Both the position numbers and the translations under genes were made by a program. Under the pieces are notes generated by a model that did not search any database, had not been told where the DNA came from, and worked only from the letters and a program-made list of their open reading frames with translations. A stretch of 63,555 bases of DNA, filler included, from Salisapilia sapeloensis CBS 127946 (lineage: Eukaryota > Protista > Oomycota), in the NCBI GenBank assembly GCA_023334545.1. It is 7 parts of 7 records of this genome, joined end to end, with 100 filler letters (N's around TTAATTAATTAA, not from the genome) between each part and the next. Parts side by side here need not be neighbours in the genome. Positions count along the whole stretch, not along the records: positions 21,018 to 39,131 come from JAADVB010000324.1; 6 more parts are not named here. One strand, 5' to 3'. Shown here one piece after another: positions 23,731 to 33,805 of this stretch; positions within the stretch are counted from its first letter, which is position 1; each line of letters opens with the position of its first letter.

Positions 23731-24930
23731 ATGCCGCGTCCTCCGACTAAGTTCGTTAGTCCATTTGAGCCGCTCAACTTGGGAGACGCGGACAAGGCCG
23801 AGCTCAAGCGACTTGCAGACGACCTTGTCTTGGAACACATTCACGAGTATCAATCGTACAGGTCAAATAACGGCAAAAATCTCCCTGCGGAACGCTGGCG
23901 ACACGTGCGACAGGAAGACCGGACGAACTTGTACGTCTTACGACGCGACAAGTCGTCAAAGCGCTACGGCGGTGCCTCTGCTGGTACGAAATTTAATGAC
24001 CTCGACCACACACGCAATCTGGTCGACATGCGAGTCGTTGGGACAGTGTCTGGAAACCTTGATGACTGCATGTACGGCAGCATTTCGCCGACGCTCGACG
24101 CGCAGCGCATCATGTCGTCCTATCTCGATGACAACTTTGTCGACGGTGTTATCTTGGCCACACTCGAGGTGCCGACTCCAGAGGAACCGTACCGGTCGCT
24201 CAATATCAAGTATCGCGAAAACGCATATGAAGGACCGATCAAACTACTGGCAAAGAACCAAGACTTTATTTATTTAGAGTCCACAGGCGTTGCGAGACTA
24301 GAGACCGGTGAAGAGTTTGGCTACAAGCTTGCGCACAGCGTCCATTTTCCTCAAACCCACTCGCTCGATTGGACGGTCCGAGGGAACGTCGCGGTTTGCT
24401 TCCTCATGCAGCAAAACGGCGGGAACGATACGGACATTTACAGTCGAGTCGTCCTCGTAACCCCAAACGAGTACATGCGCCACTTTGTCATCCAAGCCTA
24501 CGGCAAGACAAATATCAACATTGCGTCCCAGCAAGCACACACGGGCCAGATGAAAAAGCTGGCGTGGCTCATGCGTCGTCGCAATCAGCAAGGACCGCCT
24601 CCATGTGGAAATGCGTTAAAATGTCATGTTTGCTCCGTGAAGCTCGACTCTCGAGCGAGAGCCTGTCGACTATGTAGCCGGACGCTGTGTACCGCTTGTC
24701 AAATGGTGAAAATCTTGAACGTCATCACTCCCGATGAACGCCTCCATCGCCCCAAATGTGTCTTCTGCGCCTCATGTGTCGATCGAGCGTCCAAGATGAG
24801 CGCCTTTACGGTTGCGGTGGAGGAAATCATGTCCGAGATGTCGACCAACAGTGATCATCGCTTGTCGCTGTCCGACTGTTCCTCACTGACTAGTAGCAGC
24901 GACTGCGCACAAAGATGGATCGTGCCGTAG
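23731..24930 (+). CDS. Oomycete START-like domain + FYVE-like zinc-finger protein
   Basis: VVGTVSGNLDDCMYG, DFIYLESTG, GYKLAHSVHFP, MKKLAWLM, then CHVC...CRLCSRTLCTAC...FCASC; typical expanded oomycete family. Confidence 0.85.
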   Translation: MPRPPTKFVSPFEPLNLGDADKAELKRLADDLVLEHIHEYQSYRSNNGKNLPAERWRHVRQEDRTNLYVLRRDKSSKRYGGASAGTKFNDLDHTRNLVDMRVVGTVSGNLDDCMYGSISPTLDAQRIMSSYLDDNFVDGVILATLEVPTPEEPYRSLNIKYRENAYEGPIKLLAKNQDFIYLESTGVARLETGEEFGYKLAHSVHFPQTHSLDWTVRGNVAVCFLMQQNGGNDTDIYSRVVLVTPNEYMRHFVIQAYGKTNINIASQQAHTGQMKKLAWLMRRRNQQGPPPCGNALKCHVCSVKLDSRARACRLCSRTLCTACQMVKILNVITPDERLHRPKCVFCASCVDRASKMSAFTVAVEEIMSEMSTNSDHRLSLSDCSSLTSSSDCAQRWIVP

Positions 24931-25390
24931 GAGACTGGGCATACTCGGTCGATGTAATAAGTTGTGCCTAGAGTGGCCTAACAAGTGCGTTTGCAGTATA
25001 TAACCATGCATGTTATATTCAATCGAAGAAGCTTCTTTTGTATCTACGAGCTACGAATTACTTACATGTTCAGTTTTGATGCAAGGATAGAAACATAGTC
25101 AGTAGAAAAGTAGCAGGAACTACTTTTGTTTCTTCATCGTATGATAGACGAAGGTTGATGGAAATAGTTCGAATGTACTGCTTAGCGGTATGGCGTGTTG
25201 TCATTTGGAGAAGATACTGGGTGTTCTGGTAGTTGAATTAGAAAAGAGAGTCAAGACAATGGATGCTTGAATTAACGATTGAGTGAACCCAAAATGAATC
25301 CATCGTCAAAGGTGACAGAAAGCGAGCCACAAAAGAAAAGAGAATTCAAACGCTAAAGAATTTCGTTGTTGCTCGTGCAAGGCATGCAGA

Positions 25391-26227
25391 CTAGGCCTTC
25401 TTGAATAGTTGGTGGATGTACTGGACGATCTCGGCTACACCCTTGTTTTCATTGATCTGGGCAAACACCGTCGGTCCGTCGCCGCGCATTCGCTTCGCGT
25501 CTCGACTCATGACATCCAGGTCGGCTCCAACCAAGGGCGCTAGGTCGATCTTGTTGATCACCAGCAAGTCCGCTTGGGTGATGCCTGGTCCACCTTTTCG
25601 GGGGACCTTGTCACCACCAGCAACGTCGATGACGTAGACGATAAAGTCCGCGAGCTCTCGGCTGAAGTTGGCCGCCAAGTTGTCGCCACCGCTCTCGACC
25701 AGAATCAGGTCGGCCTGAAACTCTTGCGTCAGATCTTCACAGGCCTGAAGATTTGCCGAAATGTCCTCTCGGATAGCAGCATGTGGACACCCACCAGTTT
25801 CAATCGCCATGATCCGATCCTCCGATAGCGCTTGGTGCTTGACTAGAAACTCGCCGTCTTCTTTTGTGAAGATGTCGTTGGTAACCGCCACCAACGAGTG
25901 CTCCTTGTCCAGTGCACGACACAGTTGTAGCATGAGAGCAGTCTTCCCGCTCCCGACTGGACCACCGATGCCGACCGTGAAAGCGCGCTGCTTGTAGTCA
26001 CGCGCTTCGTACACTGGCATGTCTCGACCGGCGAACGTGCCGGCGTGGTCCAGATGCTCGTGCGTGTGACCATGGTCTCGAAGTTGCTTTTCCTCGTCTG
26101 GGGTCGGGTCTCGACCACGAGACAACTGGAAACGACGGACTACCTCGTCTCCATCGATAGGAGCACCATGGGCGTGGTGGTGGTGTTCATGCGAATGCTG
26201 ATGGTGGTGGTCGTGCGAATGGTCCAT
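25391..26227 (-). CDS. ureG: Urease accessory GTPase UreG with His-rich N-terminus
   Basis: [18 protein letters not shown] Ni-binding motif, [28 protein letters not shown]; start at [11 protein letters not shown]. Confidence 0.97.
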   Translation of the reverse strand: MDHSHDHHHQHSHEHHHHAHGAPIDGDEVVRRFQLSRGRDPTPDEEKQLRDHGHTHEHLDHAGTFAGRDMPVYEARDYKQRAFTVGIGGPVGSGKTALMLQLCRALDKEHSLVAVTNDIFTKEDGEFLVKHQALSEDRIMAIETGGCPHAAIREDISANLQACEDLTQEFQADLILVESGGDNLAANFSRELADFIVYVIDVAGGDKVPRKGGPGITQADLLVINKIDLAPLVGADLDVMSRDAKRMRGDGPTVFAQINENKGVAEIVQYIHQLFKKA

Positions 26228-26330
26228 GCTGAGAAAGGGATGCAAATCCTATTATCAGGCGATATAGGGATTTTCGAACAAATTCTGAACAAGTCAGTCG
26301 AACGAACAACACGTGAAAGAAAGATCGAAT

Positions 26331-27119
26331 ATGGCAAAAGTCGTCGGAGTCACGTTCGACCTGGATGACACGCTCTGGAGCGGATCCGCAGTACTTTCGC
26401 ATGCCGAAACGTGTTTCCACAACCACATCGCAGAGCATTTACCGGAAATTGCTGGTCGATTCCAGCCAAGTGACTTTCGACAAACCATGATCGAGCTCGC
26501 TCGAGAGCATCCGGACAAGGCACATAATTATACGTTTCTTAGGAAGTCGGCACTCCAGCAATGCGCCGAGCGTGTCGGAGCCGATAACTTTGCCTTAAAG
26601 AACGGTTTGTCTCTGGAAGCAGAGCTGAAGCGAGCGTACCAAGCTTTCCTTGTCCCACGCAGCAGTCCGACCTTATTTGCAGGCGTAGAAGATCTATTTC
26701 AGAATCTTTCCTCCCATTTAAAGGAAACGGCAGCATCGCAAGGGATTGATCCAACGCACTCTCTGGTCGGACTCGTTACCAACGGAAACTGCGACTTGGC
26801 ACATCTTCCGGCATCGTTTCTAGACCACGTTGCCTTCTTGCTGTCTGCCGAAGATGTCGGAAGGCCTAAACCACATCAAGAGATTTTTGACCAAGCGGCG
26901 AAGAGGTTCCCGTCGGGCATTGATCGGAGTCAGTTGGTGCATGTTGGCGATCACTACGAGTGCGATGTCCTCGGGGCGAAGAAAGCTGGGTTCCGAACGA
27001 TTTGGGTGTATCCGGACGCTGACACGTCGGAGCAAACCGGCGCTTTTGATGCCGCCGACGCGATTGTGGAGGATGTTTCAGAAGTTTTAACGGTAATCGA
27101 GAGATGGAATCGCGCCTAA
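26331..27119 (+). CDS. HAD-superfamily hydrolase (YigB/HDHD4-like)
   Basis: Motif I FDLDDTLW, motif II VTNGN, motif III KPHQEIF, motif IV HVGDHYECDVLGA. Confidence 0.92.
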   Translation: MAKVVGVTFDLDDTLWSGSAVLSHAETCFHNHIAEHLPEIAGRFQPSDFRQTMIELAREHPDKAHNYTFLRKSALQQCAERVGADNFALKNGLSLEAELKRAYQAFLVPRSSPTLFAGVEDLFQNLSSHLKETAASQGIDPTHSLVGLVTNGNCDLAHLPASFLDHVAFLLSAEDVGRPKPHQEIFDQAAKRFPSGIDRSQLVHVGDHYECDVLGAKKAGFRTIWVYPDADTSEQTGAFDAADAIVEDVSEVLTVIERWNRA

Positions 27120-27643
27120 AGAAACGAAACTCGTTACAGCTCGTGTGGCATAAATAGCTTGCTTCAATACAATCTTTACGACTCGCAGCGGATGGGTTTC
27201 GCCTGCAAAAGACAACGGCTCTAGCATACCTTGGCCATGTGTGCGTCTCAGGCGGGATGAGGGCAAGCGACAGGTGCAGGATCCATAAACAACACACACC
27301 TATTCGATCCGAAAGAGTTCAGACATCGATAAAAAACGAAACAAAAATTTGTAAGGATACAAATGCAGCCTAGCATGGGCGTCTTTCGATTTCTTTTCCA
27401 TCGTACGCCTCCTTAATACTATACAAGGTCGGAATGCTAGCGCCGTATCCGCATCAATTGCACGCATGGTGATAAAATGGTCCCGAGGAATTGATAGAAG
27501 TGATAAGTGTCATGATGTCGGCCAGCAGGATTTCCAATTGATCTCCGGCCGACGTCGACGAATGATTCCGTGGTCCATTAAACAGTAGTATATACCGTCG
27601 TCGACGGTTCGAGCAGGTGGTTGCAGCTCCTTTTGCACGCAGC

Positions 27644-28387
27644 TTAGGTACTGCGCTTCCTCCTCAAGATGGACGGAGTCCGAAACGAAAGGTAGGCAGT
27701 GTTCACGGCCTCTTCCGTGCGTCCGACGAACGTGGAGGCCCGTTCGCTGAACTTTTCAAACTCCTCTTTGCTGTAGAAGAGCTCCGATACTTGGTCATCA
27801 GCAATGGGCGGGATTTGGCGCACCATGACGGAGCCAAAGAACGAGACGTGGCGCTCCTCGCCACCCGTGACCGCACGCTTTCTGGTCAGCTGGTCTTGTT
27901 CCTGGATGACCGGATTGCCGACCGAATGGCGCTTCTGCGGACGATCCACTTCGTCCTTGACCGAGACGCGGTCACTGTTGGACCGGCGGTGCACGTCGCC
28001 GTTCATCTGCAGCCGGTAGAAGGCGGTGACCCATTGGGCGAGGTCGCCGCGACTAAAGAGCCGCGCGGTGAACTGCTTGTCTTCTTGGGTGCTGAACTCG
28101 ATACCTTGGTCGACTTTGGCGGTGACCTGGCCGTCGGTAAAGTGGACCATGGCGAGGGCCTTTCGCCTCGACAAGGAGTCTTCCCTCGAATCGAAGAAGC
28201 GCATCTCAAAGTTGCGTAGGACGACGTAGCGCGTGGCCCATGAGATCGAGTTGCGCTTTTTCAGGCGCATGTATCCTTCGCAATGAACGACGCCGGTGCG
28301 CTTGTTTTTGGGCGGATGGGACTCCTTAGCGGCTTTGCATTTTCGGCGCGAGATCTCGGCCGAGTCGATCGTACGATACTTCCTCAT
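27644..28387 (-). CDS. PH-domain protein with C-terminal RVxF-like motif
   Basis: HCEGYMRLKK...WATRYVVL...DLAQWVTAF (PH) and RHVSFFGSVMVRQIP...LFYSKEEF; start placed at the first ATG after the INR at 28541-28556. Confidence 0.8.
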   Translation of the reverse strand: MRKYRTIDSAEISRRKCKAAKESHPPKNKRTGVVHCEGYMRLKKRNSISWATRYVVLRNFEMRFFDSREDSLSRRKALAMVHFTDGQVTAKVDQGIEFSTQEDKQFTARLFSRGDLAQWVTAFYRLQMNGDVHRRSNSDRVSVKDEVDRPQKRHSVGNPVIQEQDQLTRKRAVTGGEERHVSFFGSVMVRQIPPIADDQVSELFYSKEEFEKFSERASTFVGRTEEAVNTAYLSFRTPSILRRKRST

Positions 28388-28540
28388 CAGTGCTGCGAGT
28401 GAAAAATTTAAGTGGGGCACGAGACGATGTGGGCTCGAAAGTATGCGAAAAGCGGTTTCAACAAATTCCGTGGGCGCAGTAGTGTAGGTCGACGGACGAG
28501 AAAAATATCTCCAACACGAGAACCTGTCTGGTAACACGAC

Positions 28541-28556
28541 AAAAGCGAGAATGAGC
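28541..28556 (-). promoter_or_regulatory. Oomycete INR+FPR core promoter
   Basis: GCTCATTCTCGCTTTT on the minus strand matches all 16 positions of the GCTCATTYBNNNWTTY consensus, upstream of the PH gene. Confidence 0.75.
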
Positions 28557-30370
28557 CTTTGGAGATGGGGCTACAACTTGGATAAACACAAGGTGCATCG
28601 TTGGACCTTTGTATAGGGGAAGAAACATTTGTAACTTGTCTGTGATTTTGTATTCAATACGAAAAAGAGGACGCTTATTAAAGTTAAAATGCATATACGA
28701 AGGCTTCCAAGAGCAATCACGTCTGGTCGCTGTACCCAGTCACCTAGTCCTACCGAGTCACCTTGACGCGTTCATTGGCTTAAATTCATCAGCTGACTTT
28801 CGATTTTTACACCTGACTCGGCTTTTAATTCTATATCTGGGCGACGGGAAGGCTTGCACCCATGCTACGGAGGGATCGAGCGGTATGGGTGGGCGCAATG
28901 GGTGCTGGGACTGTGTCCTAAGTGGTGCGTCTGCAGATAGAAAGCAGCAATGAAACAGTATGAGTTAGTAGTCGTTGCCCATCGTCCCTGCTGAGAACGA
29001 GAGACGCGATGCGGCCTTGCATAAACACGCCTAGATAGTGAAACCAAGTTTGATTACAACGGGTTCAAAGAGACGCTTTTGGTCATGGACCTCTCAAGAT
29101 GGTTTCTCGACCGGCATTTATGCTGCGGGTTCAAGCAGGATTCTTGAAATGGAAATTTGTCTAACGTGAACCCTGTCAGAAGATGTGTTCTTGGTATTCA
29201 TATCAGTCAATTCCTCCTTCTTTTTCACTCGACGCTTTCTGAATCATGATTTTATACTCACATCTCACCACAGCTGCTCCTCGGAACCGAGGCTATTGGT
29301 GGATAAAGATGCAGTTCTCTCAGCACTATCGGGATACAAATACAGAAAGCAGGAATTACCTACGGCGAAACCTGTCGGCGACTCATTTCGCATCCTCTTG
29401 CTCTATCTACGATGCAGTGCACGCCAACGGCAAGTGCTTGGCACTGATCAGTTAATCTCGTATAGTGTCACAGCGGCGGATGGATGGATTCGAAAAGTTG
29501 TGGACCAGCACACATCTCACCAAGAATCCAACAACTTCCGAGCCATACCCGCCAACAGAATGCAGCGTTACTACAAACCGACGCTTCTCTTTGTACCATT
29601 GGCTTGGCGTAAAGCGTCGACTACGAAAAAATATCTTGAACGATACCCATGCGCTGGACTATGTCCGCGCTCCACTTGATTTGTAGTGCATTTTACTCAA
29701 GAGCAAGACCATTCTGCCTGAATTCCCTTTCAAAAACTAGACAATCCGTCCAGTCGGTTTCTCTTGGAGTAGAAACACCGCGCCAAAACATGCTCTGCAT
29801 CGTCTGGAGATCTGGCTGAATACAACTTCGTCTGCGCTTCAATGCTCCATGCTCGCTAGCTTTGGTAGATCCAGACGATGCTCAAGAGATTGGTGGTTAC
29901 AGTGTCTGGGTTGAAGGCTACAACATGACACGATCTACAGGACGGAGCGCAGACTATGGCCTGCATAGACAAGCGACCCCGACGCATGGGAAGAAGAAAA
30001 TTTATTCGAAAAAGACAGGGCTGCGCGACTCCTATTCGCCTCCATGGACGATCACCTATCTTTTCTAATAGACAAGTCTAGATCGAGTGTCGGGAACGCT
30101 GCTTGAAGTAGTGAGGAGACATCCATCTTGTAGTCTGCTTTTGAAAAGCGGACAGCCTCCACACTGCTGCTGTCAACTGAATGTGTGCGCCAGACTGAAA
30201 CATACTCTCTTCCAAGCGGTTGAGAACCTTGATGAACCCACGCATTGGACATCAAGTATCAAAAATATACTTTATTGGATTTGTATAGCACATGCCGTAC
30301 TTTGCTACGAAGCATTCGACCTGTCAATCTCGTGATTAACTCTTTCTCTATTTCCATGCAAGACGACAGA

Positions 30371-32233
30371 CTACTCTTTGTGCAGACACAGCCACGGCAG
30401 TTTCTTGCCTCCCTTCCGTCGATGTCCGGACTTGACACCTTGGCTGGGCGTATGATCCGAGTCGGATCGGATGGGGAAGTGCATCGATCCTTCTAGAGAT
30501 CGTTGCGGTGCCCGGCTGAACGGCAGCGGATGGAAGAGCTTGAACGAGTCGATATTGTACCAGTCCGGTCGACTCTCTCGACTCTGATTCGCCTTCGGAG
30601 GACGGTCGACGTGCCTCAGGTAGACGTTCACAATGGCTTCGTCAATCCAACGCTCGATCAAGTCGGCTGTGAAGGCCTTTTCCTGCGACGACATGACACT
30701 GCTGTGCAGGAGGGCGTCGACGTGGTCTCGCCCGAGGTCATTCGTCACCACTCGACCTTTGGGTCCGAGCAGCGCACTCGCGTACAGCCAGTACAGATCG
30801 TCCGAAGCTTGTCCTGTGTCGCAACTATAGACGAGGTTGTTCTCCTGCCACTTGGCGACGAGCTTCCGGTCTTCGTCTGTGCGTTGTCGAAAGTGGACTT
30901 TACCTTCCTTTCGCTCCTTTTTCTTCTTCTTCGTCCGGAGATTGATGAGGAACGAGTCGTGGAGGTACTGTTGTGGCAGAGTGATGGTGACGGCATGCCC
31001 TCTCTCCAGCAAATCGTTGGCAATGTGCTCAATGTGGTCGAGACGCAGGTCGCCCATGTCAAAGTTCTGGTTTAGGTAGGCCAAGTTCGGACCGTCGAGG
31101 ATATAGTGGAGCTTCTTGTCATCAGCCGAAGCTTCCAGAGCCTCCTGTTTCTGCAGCAGCCATGCTTTAAATGGTTCGAGGACCTCAATTGCAGGTCGTC
31201 CATCTTGGTACCGCATGCCTCGATTCTCGAGAGCAGATATGAGTGTGGACCGCTCTGTAGACGTCAGTGGTAGTTTGTCGAGCTTCGTGCCACAGCATTT
31301 GCACGCAGGATGCATCTTGTGGTCGGATGGAATGATGCTGCCTTTAAATCCACAAGAATGGAACTGCTGCTGGAGTTTCTCAGCGTTGGCTGACGAGATC
31401 TCTTGGCAGGCGATACGAAGGTCGAGCAACAACTCATTCAGGTCGTTGGCTTTGCAGTCCAGAGCGTTCGGATGGTGGATCGAGTAGTGCTGCTCACAGG
31501 CGATGATGAGATCGACCAGGGTGTCTTCCATCGCAGTGCTCCACTCGATCCCGTGGTGCTTTAGTTGGTGCCACCGATCGATGACTCGAGGAAAGGCGAG
31601 TGGATCCGTCGGCACTTGTTGGCATTCGTACTCTAGAATGGTACGGACGGTGCGAAAGTGTAGGTTGTCCGTCGGTCCAAGCTTTTGCAGCTCTCGGATG
31701 ATGCTCCAAGCTGCGTCGATCTGCCCGTTGCGGACGTAGATGTTGATAACTGCAGCGAACGTAGCTTCATTCAGCGACTCATTTAGTTGGAAATTGGCTT
31801 TTGCGTCTTCGTGAAAAAGATTCTGGTGAAAGTAGTCTAGTACATCCTTTTGGAGACTGTCATCGATTGCTATTGTCGGCGGAGACGACTTGCCTCGTCC
31901 AGTATCGTGATGATGATGATGACTGTGGGATGAATCGTTCATTGCGTTGGCACAGTGAAAGTAGAACGTGTCTACGGCTTTGCGGTGCAAATTGCCATGC
32001 AGTCCGTTTGTTTCAACGTCCTTTTGGAGCATTTGAAAGACTTGGCGAAGCGACTTGCCTTCCTTCACAAGAGCCGTGTGGACGTTCCAATAAGGCCTTG
32101 GGATGGTGTCCTTGACGTACCATCGCACTGGATGGTAGCGAAAGTCTTTTAGAATGGACTTGGATATATTCCTCCATGAAGTTGCCTCGATAGACCTTTT
32201 ACGCAGCGTCAGTGGGACTCGTAGACGCAGCAT
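30371..32233 (-). CDS. PRORP: Protein-only RNase P (PPR + Zn + NYN domain), probably mitochondrial
   Basis: PPR-like repeats (EATFAAVINIYVRNGQIDAAWSII), CKCC zinc site, ILDGPN, SDDLYWLYAS, VVTNDLGRDH, C-terminal H...WLC; Arg/Leu/Ser-rich N-terminus from ATG 32233. Confidence 0.88.
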   Translation of the reverse strand: MLRLRVPLTLRKRSIEATSWRNISKSILKDFRYHPVRWYVKDTIPRPYWNVHTALVKEGKSLRQVFQMLQKDVETNGLHGNLHRKAVDTFYFHCANAMNDSSHSHHHHHDTGRGKSSPPTIAIDDSLQKDVLDYFHQNLFHEDAKANFQLNESLNEATFAAVINIYVRNGQIDAAWSIIRELQKLGPTDNLHFRTVRTILEYECQQVPTDPLAFPRVIDRWHQLKHHGIEWSTAMEDTLVDLIIACEQHYSIHHPNALDCKANDLNELLLDLRIACQEISSANAEKLQQQFHSCGFKGSIIPSDHKMHPACKCCGTKLDKLPLTSTERSTLISALENRGMRYQDGRPAIEVLEPFKAWLLQKQEALEASADDKKLHYILDGPNLAYLNQNFDMGDLRLDHIEHIANDLLERGHAVTITLPQQYLHDSFLINLRTKKKKKERKEGKVHFRQRTDEDRKLVAKWQENNLVYSCDTGQASDDLYWLYASALLGPKGRVVTNDLGRDHVDALLHSSVMSSQEKAFTADLIERWIDEAIVNVYLRHVDRPPKANQSRESRPDWYNIDSFKLFHPLPFSRAPQRSLEGSMHFPIRSDSDHTPSQGVKSGHRRKGGKKLPWLCLHKE

Positions 32234-32404
32234 GTCAGTACCAGCCACCAGTGGCGAGGTGTCTTCAAGTGAATAAGCTCAATCAAGTACGACGAGGACT
32301 GTTCTCGATCAAGTTCGATATGGACATTTGGTTCCGCTGGTACGCTACAATCGATACATGACATGGGAACTTGGAAGAGATAAAAGGGAGGTGTTTAAAA
32401 ATGT

Positions 32405-33644
32405 TCACTGATCTAGAATGTAGTCAAAATCGATGTACTTGGCGTAGTGCTCGCCACAGTTGAGCACCTTTTGACGATCGGTAGGACTGAATTTGGCTGA
32501 TGTCCAGGTTAGTAACTTGGCAAACTCTGGATATAGACATAGGCAAGGTACCTGTGAAGCTAGAGATTTTATCCATCGCATCAGACGTCGTCATGGGCGC
32601 GTACAGCACTGGTACTTTGGTGTTCGCGATTATGTCCATAATGTACTCTTGTGGCTGGTCGCCTGGTGGGACGCCCGTCAAAATGAGTCCTCCTCGGAAC
32701 TCTTGGCCGGACTTTTGCTCGTAGTTTTGGGCGTGGGACAAGAGACCGAGGATGATATCATTACGAGACGCATGGGTGACGAAGACTGTGTTATTGTAGG
32801 CAGCAGAGGACAGGTCGACCAGGAACCGCCGTAATCCGGACGTCACGAGCGCTGTCTTTTCAAACTGTTTGAAACGCCGATCTCGGCCTGAAAGCAACTT
32901 GACATCAAAGAGGGACTCAAAGTCCAGCATGCTGTGGTTTGCTAGCGACGGTAGGTTCGGCACGACGCCGATGAGAGGCAGACCTAGCTGCTTGAGAGCA
33001 CGAGGGAAATACTCTTGGAGCATCTCCATCTTTTCTGCATGGACTTTGTTCAAGATGACGCCACGCACTTTGACGTTGTAGTGTTTGCACAAGTAGTAGT
33101 TGAGCACCAAGTCATCAAAAGCAGAGCCCAAACCGCCGTTGGCGATGAGCACCATGTCAATGTTGAGCTCCGAGGCAACGCGTGCGTTACTGACGTCAAC
33201 GATGGAGCCGACGCCAGTGTGCCCTGTGCCTTCCACGATAGTGTACTATTATTCGGTTGTTAGCGCTCCAAGTTGCATCGCAAGCGGTGTATGTGATACC
33301 TCATTGGCGGCCGTGATGGTGTTGAATGACGTGTGGATCTTTTGAAGTTGCTCTTCAAGGGTAATGTTGCCGTCCAAAAAGGCGCGAGTATACCCAGAAG
33401 GGATGACGACGGGTGACATGTCCTTGTAGTTGCAATGGTTCAAGTCGAAGACCTCTTTCGCGACCGCGACATCCTTATCGACGGATCGCGTACCGTCCTC
33501 GACGAGCACGCTCTGCTGACCGACGGGCTTGAGGAAACCAAGACGATCGATCCTGCTGTTCAACCCGTGCAGCAAGCCGATGCAGGTGCTAGTCTTGCCA
33601 ACGTGCTGCCTCGTGGCAGCTACAAATACCGCTCGCTTCTTCAT
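32405..33644 (-). CDS. Stand-alone BioD-like (AAA_26) + DRTGG protein, i.e. phosphotransacetylase N-terminal module without catalytic domain, 3 exons
   Basis: FVAATRQHVGKT, GFLKPVGQQ, IVEGTGHTGVGS, GGLGSAFDDL, GVILNK, THASRNDII, GGLILTG; ends YIDFDYILDQ-stop at 32405-32407 after a 3' intron. Confidence 0.88.
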
Positions 33645-33805
33645 CCCCACGGGCGGAGCTTTTCGTTCGTTTTTGTCGTGAAACGCGCGATCTTCAACCT
33701 AAGTCTTCATGAATCCTATAAACAAAGCATACATTATTTAAGTGGTTTTGGAATTCATTCCATCCGTTTTCAAGGTCTACTCGAGCAGCGCGGCCTGTGA
33801 TCGAA

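Noticed and set aside
23211-23750. 179-aa ORF overlapping the start of the START-FYVE gene
   Set aside because: Non-ATG start and no motif; probably promoter/UTR sequence.
27617-28219. Long antisense ORFs (also 30503-31075, 44934-45602, 46116-46727, 63013-63537)
   Set aside because: They are shadows of GC3-biased genes on the opposite strand and have no recognisable motifs.
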